Below are positions 23,601 to 35,933 of a stretch of 35,933 bases of DNA, piece by piece. A model generated the notes under the pieces. That model was given only the letters and a program-made list of their open reading frames with translations, was not told the DNA's origin and did not search any database. The position numbers and the translations under genes were made by a program. Source of the stretch: Phoronis australis. Taxonomy: Eukaryota; Animalia; Phoronida. The stretch is from NCBI GenBank assembly GCA_002633005.1, contig NMRA01000478.1, forward strand, positions 58,898 to 94,830, in the 5' to 3' direction. The stretch's first letter is position 1, and the number at the start of each line of letters is the position of its first letter.

Positions 23601-24513
23601 GATATGCAAGTTAATCTCTAAAGGTTATGACCCCATGCTCATGAAGACAACAGTCGAGAAAAACATCTCAAAGAAAGATTACAAAGAAGTTGTAAAAACA
23701 GTGCTTTGTCCAAACAGCAATTAGGCAAAATGATTATCAACAATGTTTAATTAGAATAACGAGTTTGTTGCCGCTAATCACAACACAGAAGCAATTGAGT
23801 TTTTAGAATAACATAAATCAGGATCCAAGTTTGAAACCATATGCTGAGACGTGTAAAACAAAGAGTACAGACATCTCGGCCACAGTTACGTTATGCACCC
23901 GCGCAGTGGGGTGAGTATCCCGATTTCACTGATCGGGTAGTCGGGATACAGAAGTGTCGTTATCAATTTGACAGCGATAGCAAGGGCAGAAAGATGATCT
24001 GTGTTACTGACATATCAGAATCTGGCACTGAAAGTTGTGCAATTCAAGACCTGCACAAATTTTTATCGATTTAGTTTTAGGGCATGTTTTAATTTGAACA
24101 GAGAGAGAGTCTATAAAGCCTCCTTCCTCGAAACTTTCATTCAAGTATGACATTCCAAATCATTCAGCTAACTTATATTTTGTTAGAGAGTTTCTTTTCT
24201 TCCGAATGCCACATTCAGGTCAATGACTGAGATTATCAACACAGCAAACCCGAAGGCATTTAACGTAATTTTCAAACTTAAAGACTTTAAGCCACACACA
24301 ATACCATCTACAGCAACCAAGATTTTTAATGAACAACTCTTCTGCACTAAGCATATCTCATTGACTTCATCTGTGACTGCGCAGTTTTTCTTCAAGTTCA
24401 AACTAGGTGACTTTGAAATGATCTACAGTAAAACTTCTCCAGTTTGACACAGTGAAACAAATTTTTTTTGGCTCAAGGTCAATCTGGTGAAATTTTACGG
24501 TAGTTATTATTAC

Positions 24514-25002
24514 TGTATAGGGTACACTCGGAGGACAGGGTCATTGCCCCAGAGCACCTCCCTGAGACTCGCCTTTCTGCTGAGGTGTTAAGTGACAGGA
24601 TTATATGATCTATTCTGCACTCTGAAGGGGCACTGGTCATTCAATGATAGGAAAGAACTATTACATTAAGTTTGTAAGACTATAAATACCAGGACACATG
24701 TTGGTGTGTGAGTCAGTTGAGTTTAAGTAGACTTGAAAGTCAGTTGAACTTGAGTTGAGCTGAGTTGAGTCGCATTGCAGTTATAGATTCAGCGGTTACA
24801 GCTTAAAATAGCAGGTGATTGAACCAAGGATTGTAACAGTTCCTGAAAGTCAAGGGTTTTCAGCACTGGCTGGAGCATTGACCAGATAGTTACTAGGACA
24901 TTTTGTTTGAGTTGACAGGTGAACAAGATTAATCAATCGATTAACTCGAACCAGTTTTCAGTCTATCCTCCTGCTGAAAGCTATTAGCACTGGTTGGTTA
25001 CA
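24514..25002 (+). mobile_element. Probable solo LTR of an LTR retrotransposon (about 490 bp)
   Basis: Begins TGTATA and ends GTTACA (TGTA...TACA). It has an internal TATAAATA (24681-24688), an Inr-like TCAGTT (24713-24718) and reiterated AGTTGA(G) words. I found no matching 4-6 bp TSD and no canonical AATAAA, so the call is tentative. Confidence 0.45.
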
Positions 25003-25220
25003 ACCTGCGCCCACCCTGATCCACTGGAGAACACGACAATTATAAACAGCTCACAAACTCACCTAACAGGTCATCCACAACAGGGATCAGTCTTCAACTG
25101 CAAAACAAGAAGACTTCATGAGAATTCATTGCACAGCCTCGCTGTAAAATGTAACGGCAAGTACAGCGTGAAAATGCTTTCGTTGACATTCGTGGAACCA
25201 TAAATATAGAAGAATAACTG

Positions 25221-25250
25221 AGTTATACATGCGATAGTTATACATGCGAT
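25221..25250 (+). repeat. Perfect 15-bp tandem duplication (AGTTATACATGCGAT)x2
   Basis: Directly visible at 25221-25235 and 25236-25250. Confidence 0.95.
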
Positions 25251-28200
25251 AATCCTCTCAAAAGGTTATCAATGCATTACAGCAACAACGCTATTCTAAG
25301 TGACCAATTGGCAAGCAACTTTTGAGACTAGATGCTGGGCAGAACAACCTCACAATGGAACGAAAGATAAACATTCATGTTAAGTGAATGACAAAACCTT
25401 CCCGAGATAACAGAAACTTCAGATGTCTTCATTTCGATGTATAAATAACAACATGGTACATTAATAACAATAACAGCATTACAATGACAGTCATCCCACA
25501 GAGTTTTGTAAAAATAACACGTCGTTAATATTTCAATCAAAGAAAACAAATGCCACATTGTGCACCGATTTTTTTAATCAACACTGACACAGATTCAGCG
25601 TAGACTTGCCGTCTGACGTTTATGATGAGAAATTGTTACTTTTATGCAATGACTCCTGTGAAAACACAATGTGATCAGCGACAAGACTTCACAAATCGAA
25701 GACCAGAACAATTATGAAGAATAGCATTAAACATGTTGCCTGAGGGTACATAACATGAGATTTATTGTTCTATTACTAGACAGAGCTTTGTCTGTGATGA
25801 ATAAATCATCACTTATCTTTTACCAGTATTTATCTTGTAATCAGGGAGCAATAATAGGGTACAGACCAGGCAGTCTTACATACAATTATATCTTTGATAA
25901 CTTCTTACCAGTAAATCGCACAAATGTCTCAAAATAATTGATTTCGTCAAGGAAAAGCATAAAATACCAAATCTGAAAGAGAATCTAGGTGATACTAAGT
26001 TGATGGTGAATGCAGTATTTTGATAACTACAAAGGGATCCCAAAAACAATTTTACATGTTTCAAAACTTGTAATTTTCATGATGGTTACAGAACCATAGT
26101 TGTTTCAGAAAGAATGGGAAAAATTGCTATCAAAAAAACCATGAACATGATCTCAAAATTTTTTAACAGGCTTTTTTAAAGGAAAAACTTAGTTTTATTA
26201 CCCACAGTGTTATTTCCTCATCATCTAGTCTCAATAGACTCGTCCTGAAATGGCTCGGCACCACTGTCATTCAAAGATTTTTACACACGATGCAACAAAT
26301 GTGTGCTTCTTCACATGTAAATGTACAAGTCATTATAAAACTCATCTTTGTAATACAGGTAAATTTGTATTATCGCAACTCATTCGGCATTGTTGATGAT
26401 AATATGGATTGGTTCAATATGCAGAGCTCAATTTCGGTTCTAAAGGTCGCCAATGTCACGTGACAAATCACGCACAGAAAACCTTATGTAGTAGGCGTGT
26501 TTGTGCGGGATATCGGGTTGATAGGTAAAATTGGTTGTTGCCAAGCAAATGACATACTCCTAATTGTCCATTTGACTTTAAAAGACTACCTGGACGATTT
26601 CTGTCACGAGTTCCAGCAGTTATTAGCTCCAAGTTGTTATTCCATTCAGATACCAAGTTTTTATTTTTCAACTGTTGCTAACAACGCATCATTTGTACCG
26701 GCTATGACTTTTGCATCTTTGCATATGGGTGGGGGGAGTTCTAGTTTTGGTAAGCTCATTTCCTCCTTGGCAACTTTGCTAAGCCGAGACGCCACGCTGA
26801 GCATGGAGTCTTGTTCTGCTTTCCGGGAACTTGGGTGCGTGACTACTTGAAAAGGTCAGTTGTGAAATATATTTTCCATCTCCGCAAAAGATAAGTTTAA
26901 TCCAGGAGTAGGGCTGTATAACACTGAATTAGGAAACTGCGGCACATCAACATCAGCACTTTTATTTAGATCCAGCACTAAAAATATGCTGGCTAAATTG
27001 AAAGCGAATTACGGCCTTTTGCTCTCATCAAATCAGTATAATAGTATCCTTTACTGTGTTAGGATTCCATTTCGATTGTGAAATTCAACACAGATTAATA
27101 TAATCAAGCAGCCTACGCAAACGATCACCAAAAGGGGGAGTAATGGAATAACATGTCTAACCACCACACAACCCTAGTTGCTTTTAGTTGTTTGCTGAGA
27201 TAGACCTTTCATTGAATTTGTCTCAGTTAAGGTGTGTGAAACGAGGGGAGTATTGGAAATTAGCGGAGAAGTACCAGCCAGTGATGTGTGACTGCAACAG
27301 ATATCATAAAAACTAACCAAATTCAATCAACAACCATGTGAACATCTCTGATTAAAAAACAACTTACCAGCAAATACTTATACTCAGCTCAGCAGTTAAT
27401 CAGATGTGCTCTGCTACTACCAGCACACTGCTTATTTGCCGCAATCAATCATGTGAAATGCATGTTGGATAATACAGGTTCTTTGATTTTTGCTTCCTAT
27501 GGTCAATGCGTTCTGATGAGAAATCAATCAAATCTGTGGAAAGGCATAAGGAGCTATGGGGAACCCTTCTTAGCTAGGGAGAATTATGAGCTACAATTAA
27601 AGTATGCATGCTCAAAATTGTTGGGAGCTTAACATCGTTAAAAATTTTAACCCGGACACTTTGACGAAATTGGTTGACATAGTCATAACTTCAATAAAAA
27701 ATAGTTTGCATTATTGTTATTGTTCCCAAAAGGTAACAAGCTTAAGATTGAATGGATTGGAAGAAAAAATCGTTACCTTTATCGTTAAAAGCTTCATTGA
27801 GTTAGAACAGGTGTAATTCTTTGCAGTATAATGGAAAAACGTGACAAAGATGGGGAACTACCCCAATTTCACGTCTTGATAAGGCTACCAGACCTCATAT
27901 TTGAACATAGTAGTAATAAAAGCCCGAAAAGCGTTTCTTTTGTAACATCTGTCAACAAGCGAACTATAAAGAAAAACATTACCTCACACCTTGAACTTTT
28001 TAAACCAGTTGTCAAATATTTGGAAAAATTTAGAGTACTTACAGCACATAGGCACAAGGGCTTCTTGATATTAACTATACAAAGTATAAAAGGTTTGAAT
28101 TTGAGAGATCCTTGCATTTAAAGTGGCATTATCAGTGAGGAAGATATTTTCTGAGATCAGCCCGAGTGTCGATTGAAACGGCAACAAAGTGGTCGCAATC

Positions 28201-30301
28201 AATGCTTTCTGTCTGCAAGAACTAAACCAACCACCTCGATTTCAGCAAATGATTGAGTAGGCCACAATTGTGATTTGAGGCTCAATTAGGCTACCAGTAT
28301 TAGTCGGCAACGTGACCTCTCAACGTTGACCTCTGATCAGTTTAGTTGTCCGGTAAGAATCACATAATTTGCCAAAATCTACAAGAGAAAGAAAATAGTC
28401 AGAATTGTTAGGCAAAAACTGGCCGGGACCCCCACCTGTGACGCGCGCGTGCAAATAATATTTTCTGATCATGTGTGGTTTTAGGTTTAAGAAGAGCTTG
28501 AGGGCGAAATGTTTGCTTGAACACCGGAAAATAGCCCAAGAGTGGTCACAGCGGCCATTTCTATAGCCAACAGGGAAAAATGACTGCAGCACGCAAGAAC
28601 GTCAACATGGGGTTTTTTAATTTTTTTGTCAAATGGGAAAGGATGCTATTGCCAGCGCTGCCGCACACGTTTTCCTGTTTTAGCAACCTTATTTTCCAAT
28701 TGGTGAAAAGGGAGTTATGATATCATGGTATTAGTGTTGAGCCCCAACTCACAAAGAACATAACAGATTTTGTCGATTTACACCTCTGGCCAAAGCTAAT
28801 AACTTCAAGAAGTCTATTCCATTCAACAACCCAAAAATGAATTATGTGTCATAAAATCGACAGTGTCCCCTTAACTACAAAAACAAAGAATCAAAAGTGC
28901 CAAAATTGAAAAAAATGATATGCAGGTATATTAGGAGCACGCAAATGCTTCTTGTCAAAATTAACATTTTTACTCCAGGAGCACTGCGACCATTCAACTA
29001 GGGCTAACAGACGCATTGAAACTGTATGGCAATCACGCCATCATAATTTTGTCTTGAATGATAGGCATTTAGTCCAACACGAAACTAAAGAGGTGATCAG
29101 CATTAATACGAGCGACCAAAACAATAATGATAACAACAAGGGGTCTAGTATTATTATTGCGAAAATACAAGCAGGTTTATGTGTTTGGTTTAATTGAATA
29201 AGAGTTACCTGTTGAGACCAATCATTAAATCTCAGCACTATTTAAAAATTTGCAAATGTCTAAGCAATACTGACCAAAAGCATGGCATCATAAAAACTGC
29301 ACTCAATAGAGACCACTAACATGGTACACATGATCATTGCTTAAGTTTTGAGTCTTGAGTGTAGAGTTCAGACCTTGGCCTCTCTGGTGTTTCAACAGCA
29401 GGCAGATTCTCTCCAGTGGCAAGAAAATTGTCACAAGCTAAGTGTTAAACGATTTCTTATTAGCATAATGATCAAGCCCTTGACATGTGATCACTTATAT
29501 TACTTAAAATTCCTAGTAGAACAGCTTCTTTGAAATGTCTAGCTTTGAAGTGTTTCCACACCTCTGCACAAATTGGAAATCTTTTGATTGATGAAACAAA
29601 ATGACGAATTTCAAGTCATGGAACAATAAAAATTTGAAAATGATGTGAACTTCATTCTAGGTGTCTATCGCAGCAGACGCAAGCCAGGCATGTTAAGACA
29701 GTGGGTTTTTTGTGAGGCAGTCGATTATGACAATAGAAAACACTCTCCATACAACTCTAGTATTTTGAGGGCACAAAAGCAATTAAGGCCAAGTTGACAA
29801 GGATGAAACATGATTTCTTTCGTTCAGTGACATTTTGAGACGTTGGGCAATTCTGTGTGAATCATTGCAACATCCAACACCACGTAACCATAGCAACTAA
29901 AAAGAATGATGTTGACAAAACATTTATACAATATGCCGGAGAATGTTACACTGCATTAAAAATATTCAGAATGATGTCCAACAACTACCCTATCGTCACC
30001 TAGCGACAACATACATTTCACCATCTCTCGACTTACATTTTACATCGCGGGTTAATACCTATTGCATACTTTAAATAGAGCGCTTAAACATAGGTATACA
30101 CATCTCCAAAGTGAACCACAAAAACATGACCACTTTGGCACTTAACCAACACTGACCCATGGCAACATTTTCCACAGAAAGAGATGGTCTTTTTATGCTA
30201 AATATCTCATAAATGTTCAACCTCGTGTTACTACACAGTGCACCTGCAAACAAACTTGGGGACTCCGATGACCACTGCATGACTGAAGCTGTGCCAACAT
30301 C

Positions 30302-30459
30302 CAGTGCTGCAGTGGGGTGTAGGCACACGTAGGTGCAGCCAACCACCTTTTGGCATTTGTACATAGCGCCTATGCACCGTAAGTTACGTTCAGTGCTCAA
30401 GGTGATACAGTGGGCTTAATGGGCGCCTACTTACCTCTAATTTTACCACTACAGCACTG
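30302..30459. mobile_element. hAT MITE (158 bp) with 8-bp TSD
   Basis: TIR CAGTGCTGCAGTGG vs reverse complement of the right end CAGTGCTGTAGTGG (13/14). TSD CCAACATC (30294-30301) / CCAATATC (30460-30467) is 7/8. Internal GTAGGC/GCGCCTA subterminal motifs are present. Confidence 0.85.
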
Positions 30460-33437
30460 CCAATATCTTTCTTCTATGAAGTATCACCCGATACCGCTTA
30501 CGGCGATACTGAATGCAAAATTAACATGACACGGCGATACCACAAATGAATAGTTTCACTACTTCCCGATTGTTATTTTCATTTGAACCAACAGTCCTAT
30601 TAAGTCATCGAGATAATTCATTTTCAAGCTGAGAAAATCAATACGCGCAAACAACGATCTTAACCGCACTTACCGATCTTCCATACTCGGGCAATTGGCC
30701 ATCGTTATTAAGTGAATTGTACGCCGACTTGTTAGCAAGACAATTTGCTAGTATTGACAAATACTGCCTCATATACTCCCTGGGGATCAGATTATTTAAT
30801 AAAGCTACACGTAGATTGCATAAGGCACAAAGCTACAGAGGAATAGTTCACAAAATGCTTGCCATACTTGACTGATTCAAACCAGCAGCTTTCTATCGAT
30901 TCCTCTAGACAAGTACACGAGTACATAAATACCTCAACACTTCAAAAAAATTATATTTTATTTCAAATGTAATTTCTGGAATACAACGTAAATGGAGTAG
31001 TGAAGATTACCAACTTTCATTATACACAGGTGGCCTTTTAGTGACGGTGTTTTCCAACAATTACTGCTTGCACAAAGCATTGACCATCGGAATTTCTGAT
31101 GGCACAATTTCCACAGACTCAGAACCATGTACAATGTCTCGCACATTTTTGGTGCGATGCTTCACCCATTTCTTGTCCTTAGTTTAAAATCATCAGTTTC
31201 TAAAAGGCCGATATAGCCCCAATGTCTTTCTAAAATACGGTCGTAACTGAATGGACTCAAAACAATTTTTTTTCAAAGTTGAAACGTCCTCCAGTAACAT
31301 CTTTCCAATTTAGGTCACAGCATTGGTAGACAATCGTAATCATACTTCGGTCATTGTTTTTTCCACGCAACTAACACAGCACCAAACAAAGTGGTTTTAG
31401 TTTCCAAGTTCACGTTTTCCACCTAAGTTTTGAAAGTTAGATGTCATTCACAGCAGACGGAGTTCTCGCAATGTTTGTACGAAACTGGTGAGGTTTTACT
31501 ATAAGTTTGAAAAATGTCAGTTCGTCATCAAATCTATAAACCGTTCAAAATACGCTTGCTCCAAAATGTCAGGACACTTGGTTACATATTTGGCTCAGTA
31601 ACAAGCTTCAGAAAATAAACTCTTTGATTGGTCGCTGGCATCTATGTTAAAGACAGGTTAATATTTTCAGTCACCTAATGCACTTTGGCCTCCAACCCAA
31701 AATCTGAACATCACTGAAGTTCAGGCTGCCAGAAGTTTCTCTGGATTTTTCTGTTTGGTTTTAGCCATGATTATGCACCTAAACAAATCAAACATGGGGA
31801 ATTCATTTTTTGCCATCTCCCTCCTTGCATCTGCTTGACATTTAAAAACCGCCACCACAGAATTAAAAGCAGGCCAACACACTAGCTGTAGGAAAAAATA
31901 CTTATCAGAAGTTCAAGCAGATAGGGATGAAGGTCAACATCAATTGCAGGGGCCACTGAGTGAAGATCCAGTAACGTAGCAGAAACAACATCCTGGACAG
32001 GTTGAAGTGCTTGTAAGTGGAAGGGAATTTCTTTTTCAGGCTCTCTTTCATGTCATTTTATTGAGAATAAATATTTTTATTCCCAAACTGGCCCCCAATA
32101 CCAGCAGAAATGGGTCAGAAGCCGTCCTTCACCTGATGCCAGTTGAAGTTAGGGTCAGAATCCTTCATTTTTTAAACAGTGAGGCATTCCTTTCAACATG
32201 ACTCAAGCTCACACCAGAACTAAATACACTATTCTTTGTCAGACGCCAAAAACTCAGGCAACAAATATCAGGAAAGTTAAACTCCAATTCACCAGTCCAA
32301 GGATTCCTGAATGCTAATTACAACTGCAAGATCTCCAAATGAAAAAGAAATATCTCTGAACATCTGTCAGAAGATTACAGTATGAATTGCGTGGTTCAAA
32401 GACCAGGAAGGAGACACTAAGCACAAGAGATTGGCTGTTGGAAATAGCAATTGAAGACTTACTCCTTGTGTCATCAAACAACAGAACAAAAACATTAAAA
32501 GAGCCACAGACAGGACAACTCCTGTGAATTTCCCTAAGGGTGCTAGGCCAAACAAGAACTAGGTCACTAAATACTTAGTGACTAGAATCTCGCATTAGCA
32601 ATCACAAAAATAATCCCAGATGACCGATGATCACAAAGATTAGTTTTCCAACGTCAAATGGCAACTGAGAACCTAACAGGGACTAACATTGTTAGAGCTA
32701 CATTACACTTTTGTTTGGTTGGTAAAAATGAAATTTGATTTTAGTTTTTGAAGCCAGCATAAAGCATGGCGAGCTGTCACGCAGTCCAATGCATTAATCC
32801 GGACCGTCTGCATTTATTCCAACCTTTTTTTACTCAAGTGATTCGCATGTGTCTCAGTTATATTACTTGTCAATGTCAACTTATTCAATAAATTTCAGAT
32901 TGTGTTATTGTCCCTAATTAACACTGTATATAATCATAAATGCCTGAAAATTTGTGCCGGGATTTTCATAATGCATCAGAAGACCGGTGTGGAGTCAGAG
33001 GACAATAGCTAACAGTAGAAATGTGTTTTTCGAAAGCCTATCAATTGAAACGCATTCATCAGAACACTGCAATTTATAATTTTCATCTTCGTCATTCAAA
33101 TTTCATGAGACACAATCGAGTACATACAATAAATTGACGTCAGTAGCTGAGATCATCCTCAGTATGATGACGTTCGCCATGTGACTGCAAGTCCAGCCCT
33201 TCATTGTGAGAATGACCGTGTAGCCACTGATGGTCGAAAATGTTCAATTAATATTGTATGTACTAGACTGAGCTTCGTGAAATTTGCTCGAAATTTGCAC
33301 CCATCAAATGAAATTATTTGGTACGTTCTTCATACTGATTTTAGAAATCTTTCACGACAGTTTTGTTTCGTCACCACATCACGCATAATCATACAAAAGG
33401 TTCTCATTCGCTCCCACACCATCCAATGAGTGCAAGC

Positions 33438-33464
33438 TAGGAACCAGTAAGAGGCTGGTTCCTA
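33438..33464. mobile_element. 27-bp hairpin mini-element with TAG...CTA ends and degenerate 9-bp TSD (possibly Academ-related)
   Basis: TAGGAACCAG-taagagg-CTGGTTCCTA (10-bp perfect TIR), flanked by AGTGCAAGC (33429-33437) and GGTGTAAGC (33465-33473), 7/9 with two transitions. Confidence 0.5.
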
Positions 33465-35933
33465 GGTGTAAGCTACTCTATAGAACGCCTGCTGATCTTG
33501 TTTTAAAAAATCTCTTAGAACAATTCATATTTGGGTTATTTTCACTCATGCAGACTAATATTACATTCACTGGACACACAGACGAAGAACAGTTAGTGGA
33601 TGGTTTTGTGCACCTTTCGACCAAAATTTTGTCTGAAGCAATAACAAAGCACCTGACATGTTTGACTCTTGTGGAACCCCCTCAACAAAATTCTGGATAT
33701 GTGGCTCGGTGAATCCTCCCAGCTTACAACCTTAAAAAGACACAGACTTACCCGGAATCGAGTCTTACACACAAAATTCTTAAGCGCAACACTAACTAAT
33801 CAAATCCATAATGCTTCCTGGAGTTATGCCAAATCATCTAGTTCATAAAAAAACTAACAAACCTAACAGTTTATCAAATCTCCAGTTTTTTTTCTCTAAT
33901 CCAACTGACTCATTCTTGGCACCTAACCCAGTGCAGAGAAAAATGACAAGCAAATTTCAACTGTGCAAAAAATCTTACCCAGCTCTCCAGAAACCTCTCC
34001 TGTGTAAAAGCCAGGTCAGTAAACTATAGTTGGCCTGTTCTGCAGTTCCAAGCCTTGTCACACCTGTAATATATACTGTTTTGTAGTTGCAGTCGAACAA
34101 AAAACAAGCAAGACCAAATGGTTACTGTTACTGACTTCTGGGTCAGTGTGTTTAAGCATGTATTGTTTGTAAGCCAATGGTGGCGCCTGAATCCGGTTCT
34201 AAAATTTCACACATGCATGTAGTGTGCCTGAATACTTCATGGAAAATGAAATCAAGTACTGAACATGCGAGGACAGACATGTAGCTTGCATGTAATTGAT
34301 ATACATAATCAAGCCAGATTTTTAAATTCGGCATTTGATGTCATAGGGTGATATAAGAGTCAAATTGAAACCGTGACAGCATAAAAAAAGTTTTTTTGTC
34401 ACCAGTCAGAAGTTCATTAGCTCGGACTATTGGAAACCGGTTGACAGTGACGCGAGCAATGAAAAATGATCACTGAGCACTATGAAAAACTTAAACGAAA
34501 CTAAACAAGTGTGACAAACACACAGAAAATCGCACAAGTATCACATCCATTGTTAAACATGATTACTTTCATAGGCACTTCATGTGCACTATAAAGTTAC
34601 AATTAAATACTTGGTGTGCCTTGAAAGCGAAACTCCCATTTTTCTCATAACATTTTTGTCAGAGTAGATAACTGTGGGTTTAGTTTAAAATGTAATTATG
34701 TTTTGTGATTGTGTACGGATGGAGAGAAAATGATTAAAAATCCAGTAATTTAATTTTCTTGCCAGTATCCTCATACCAATGTGGTAAGGGGACAACTTCC
34801 TCTTTCTTCCCACAAGTTTAAAAACAAATTTAAAACCACTCAACAACAAAAAATGCCTCAAATTGTGCCATTTCATAATAAAATAAGATTTCCATATACT
34901 AAAACATCATTCAGGGTATGACCAAGTAAAAAGAATGGTAGTTGACATTCAGTGCACCGTTAAATATAAGTCCCAAGTGATATTTCGATTTTATGTTGAT
35001 GGCAGTAACCAACTGTATACAGTGCACAATTTCACATTAATGTTTTTAAAAAACCATAAAACACACCCTGAGATAAACTGCTTAAGTATCACCAACTTGC
35101 AGTCAGAGTCACATTATTGTGAAAAACAACTATTACCTTAACCATTTGGAAACGTGCCCGACCATTTCCGAATTTTTTTGATTAAAGACGCTATGTTTCA
35201 TTAAAACCGTGAATATTTAAATTTGTAGCTAGTGCCACCAAGTGACTTCCTGGAGAAATGTGTGTACAAGTATAATCTGACTGTACTTTGGGAACAAGTT
35301 TTGTGTTATACAGAATTTGTTGAATGCACGACACTTTTCATTGTTCACGGTCTTTATTCCGTTGCGTTCATACTTTCTGAACAAAACTCTACTCTCTACT
35401 GAACATAGATACAGTAACTGACCTAGCGACATAATTAAAAGACACACGATATTTCGAAACATACTTGTTTCCTTCTCAAGTGAAGATAAAATGACGCAGT
35501 AATGCCACTACAGAGTATAAGCTGACGACACAAACTAGTGAGACACGGCGGGTGTGAAATAATGCAAAGAATGACTAATGGAGGGAGGTAACAGGAAAGT
35601 CACGCAAACAAGTGTAACGTGCGGCGCGACCCTGTTTGCTGCTCATTCAAAACAGGCTTCTCAAAAGCAATTAAAAGGGACTCTAAAACTTTCAAACGCA
35701 GCACATCTTGCTCCACGTCAATTCACTACGTGGTGCAAGATGTTGGTAGCATTTGAAATTGCATTTGCTTTCTAGACAACGCCCTTATATATACAATATG
35801 TTAGTTAATCGTGTCTTCAGTCGCGCAGCACTGTACTAGTCGACGCATTCCCATCGTTTGCAGTAGGCCTAAACATGTAGAACGACAGCGCTTCTTCAAC
35901 AATTCAGACGACTACCAGGACGACAAATGGGGA

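Noticed and set aside
30481-30541. Three CGATAC words (ACGGCGATAC twice) resembling hAT subterminal repeats
   Set aside because: No TIR or TSD could be delimited.
33675-33708. CCCCCTCAACAAAATTCTGGAT resembling the right end of the 14843-15132 MITE
   Set aside because: The terminal bases are lost and there is no partner end, so it is too degraded to support.

Overview
This is AT-rich eukaryotic (metazoan-like, probably invertebrate) non-coding DNA, most likely a large intron or intergenic tract, with one assembly gap (N, 15662-16288). I recognise no intact protein-coding gene, RNA gene or CRISPR array, and almost all listed ORFs look spurious. What the sequence does support is a set of old transposable elements. 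(1) A frameshifted Academ(X)-type transposase fossil (XPG-like HAxxGCD/GIGK, LPPT, WGW and terminal Cys-rich motifs; 934-1652) with a probable right end at about 2364. (2) Three CAG-terminated hAT-like MITEs: one has a canonical 8-bp target-site duplication (TSD) and two show only 5-bp duplications. (3) A PIF/Harbinger MITE with a TTA TSD. (4) A tRNA-headed SINE. (5) A Helentron-associated (HINE/DINE-1-like) element spanning the gap with an apparent 153-bp internal repeat, plus a second HINE-like 5' hairpin. (6) An L2/Crack-like 3' tail and a probable solo LTR. (7) A 27-bp TAG...CTA hairpin with a degenerate 9-bp TSD, and several other short palindromes. I found no convincing new multi-gene system. 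The most unusual items are structural oddities of the mobile elements. All family names come from remembered motifs and structure, not from database searches.
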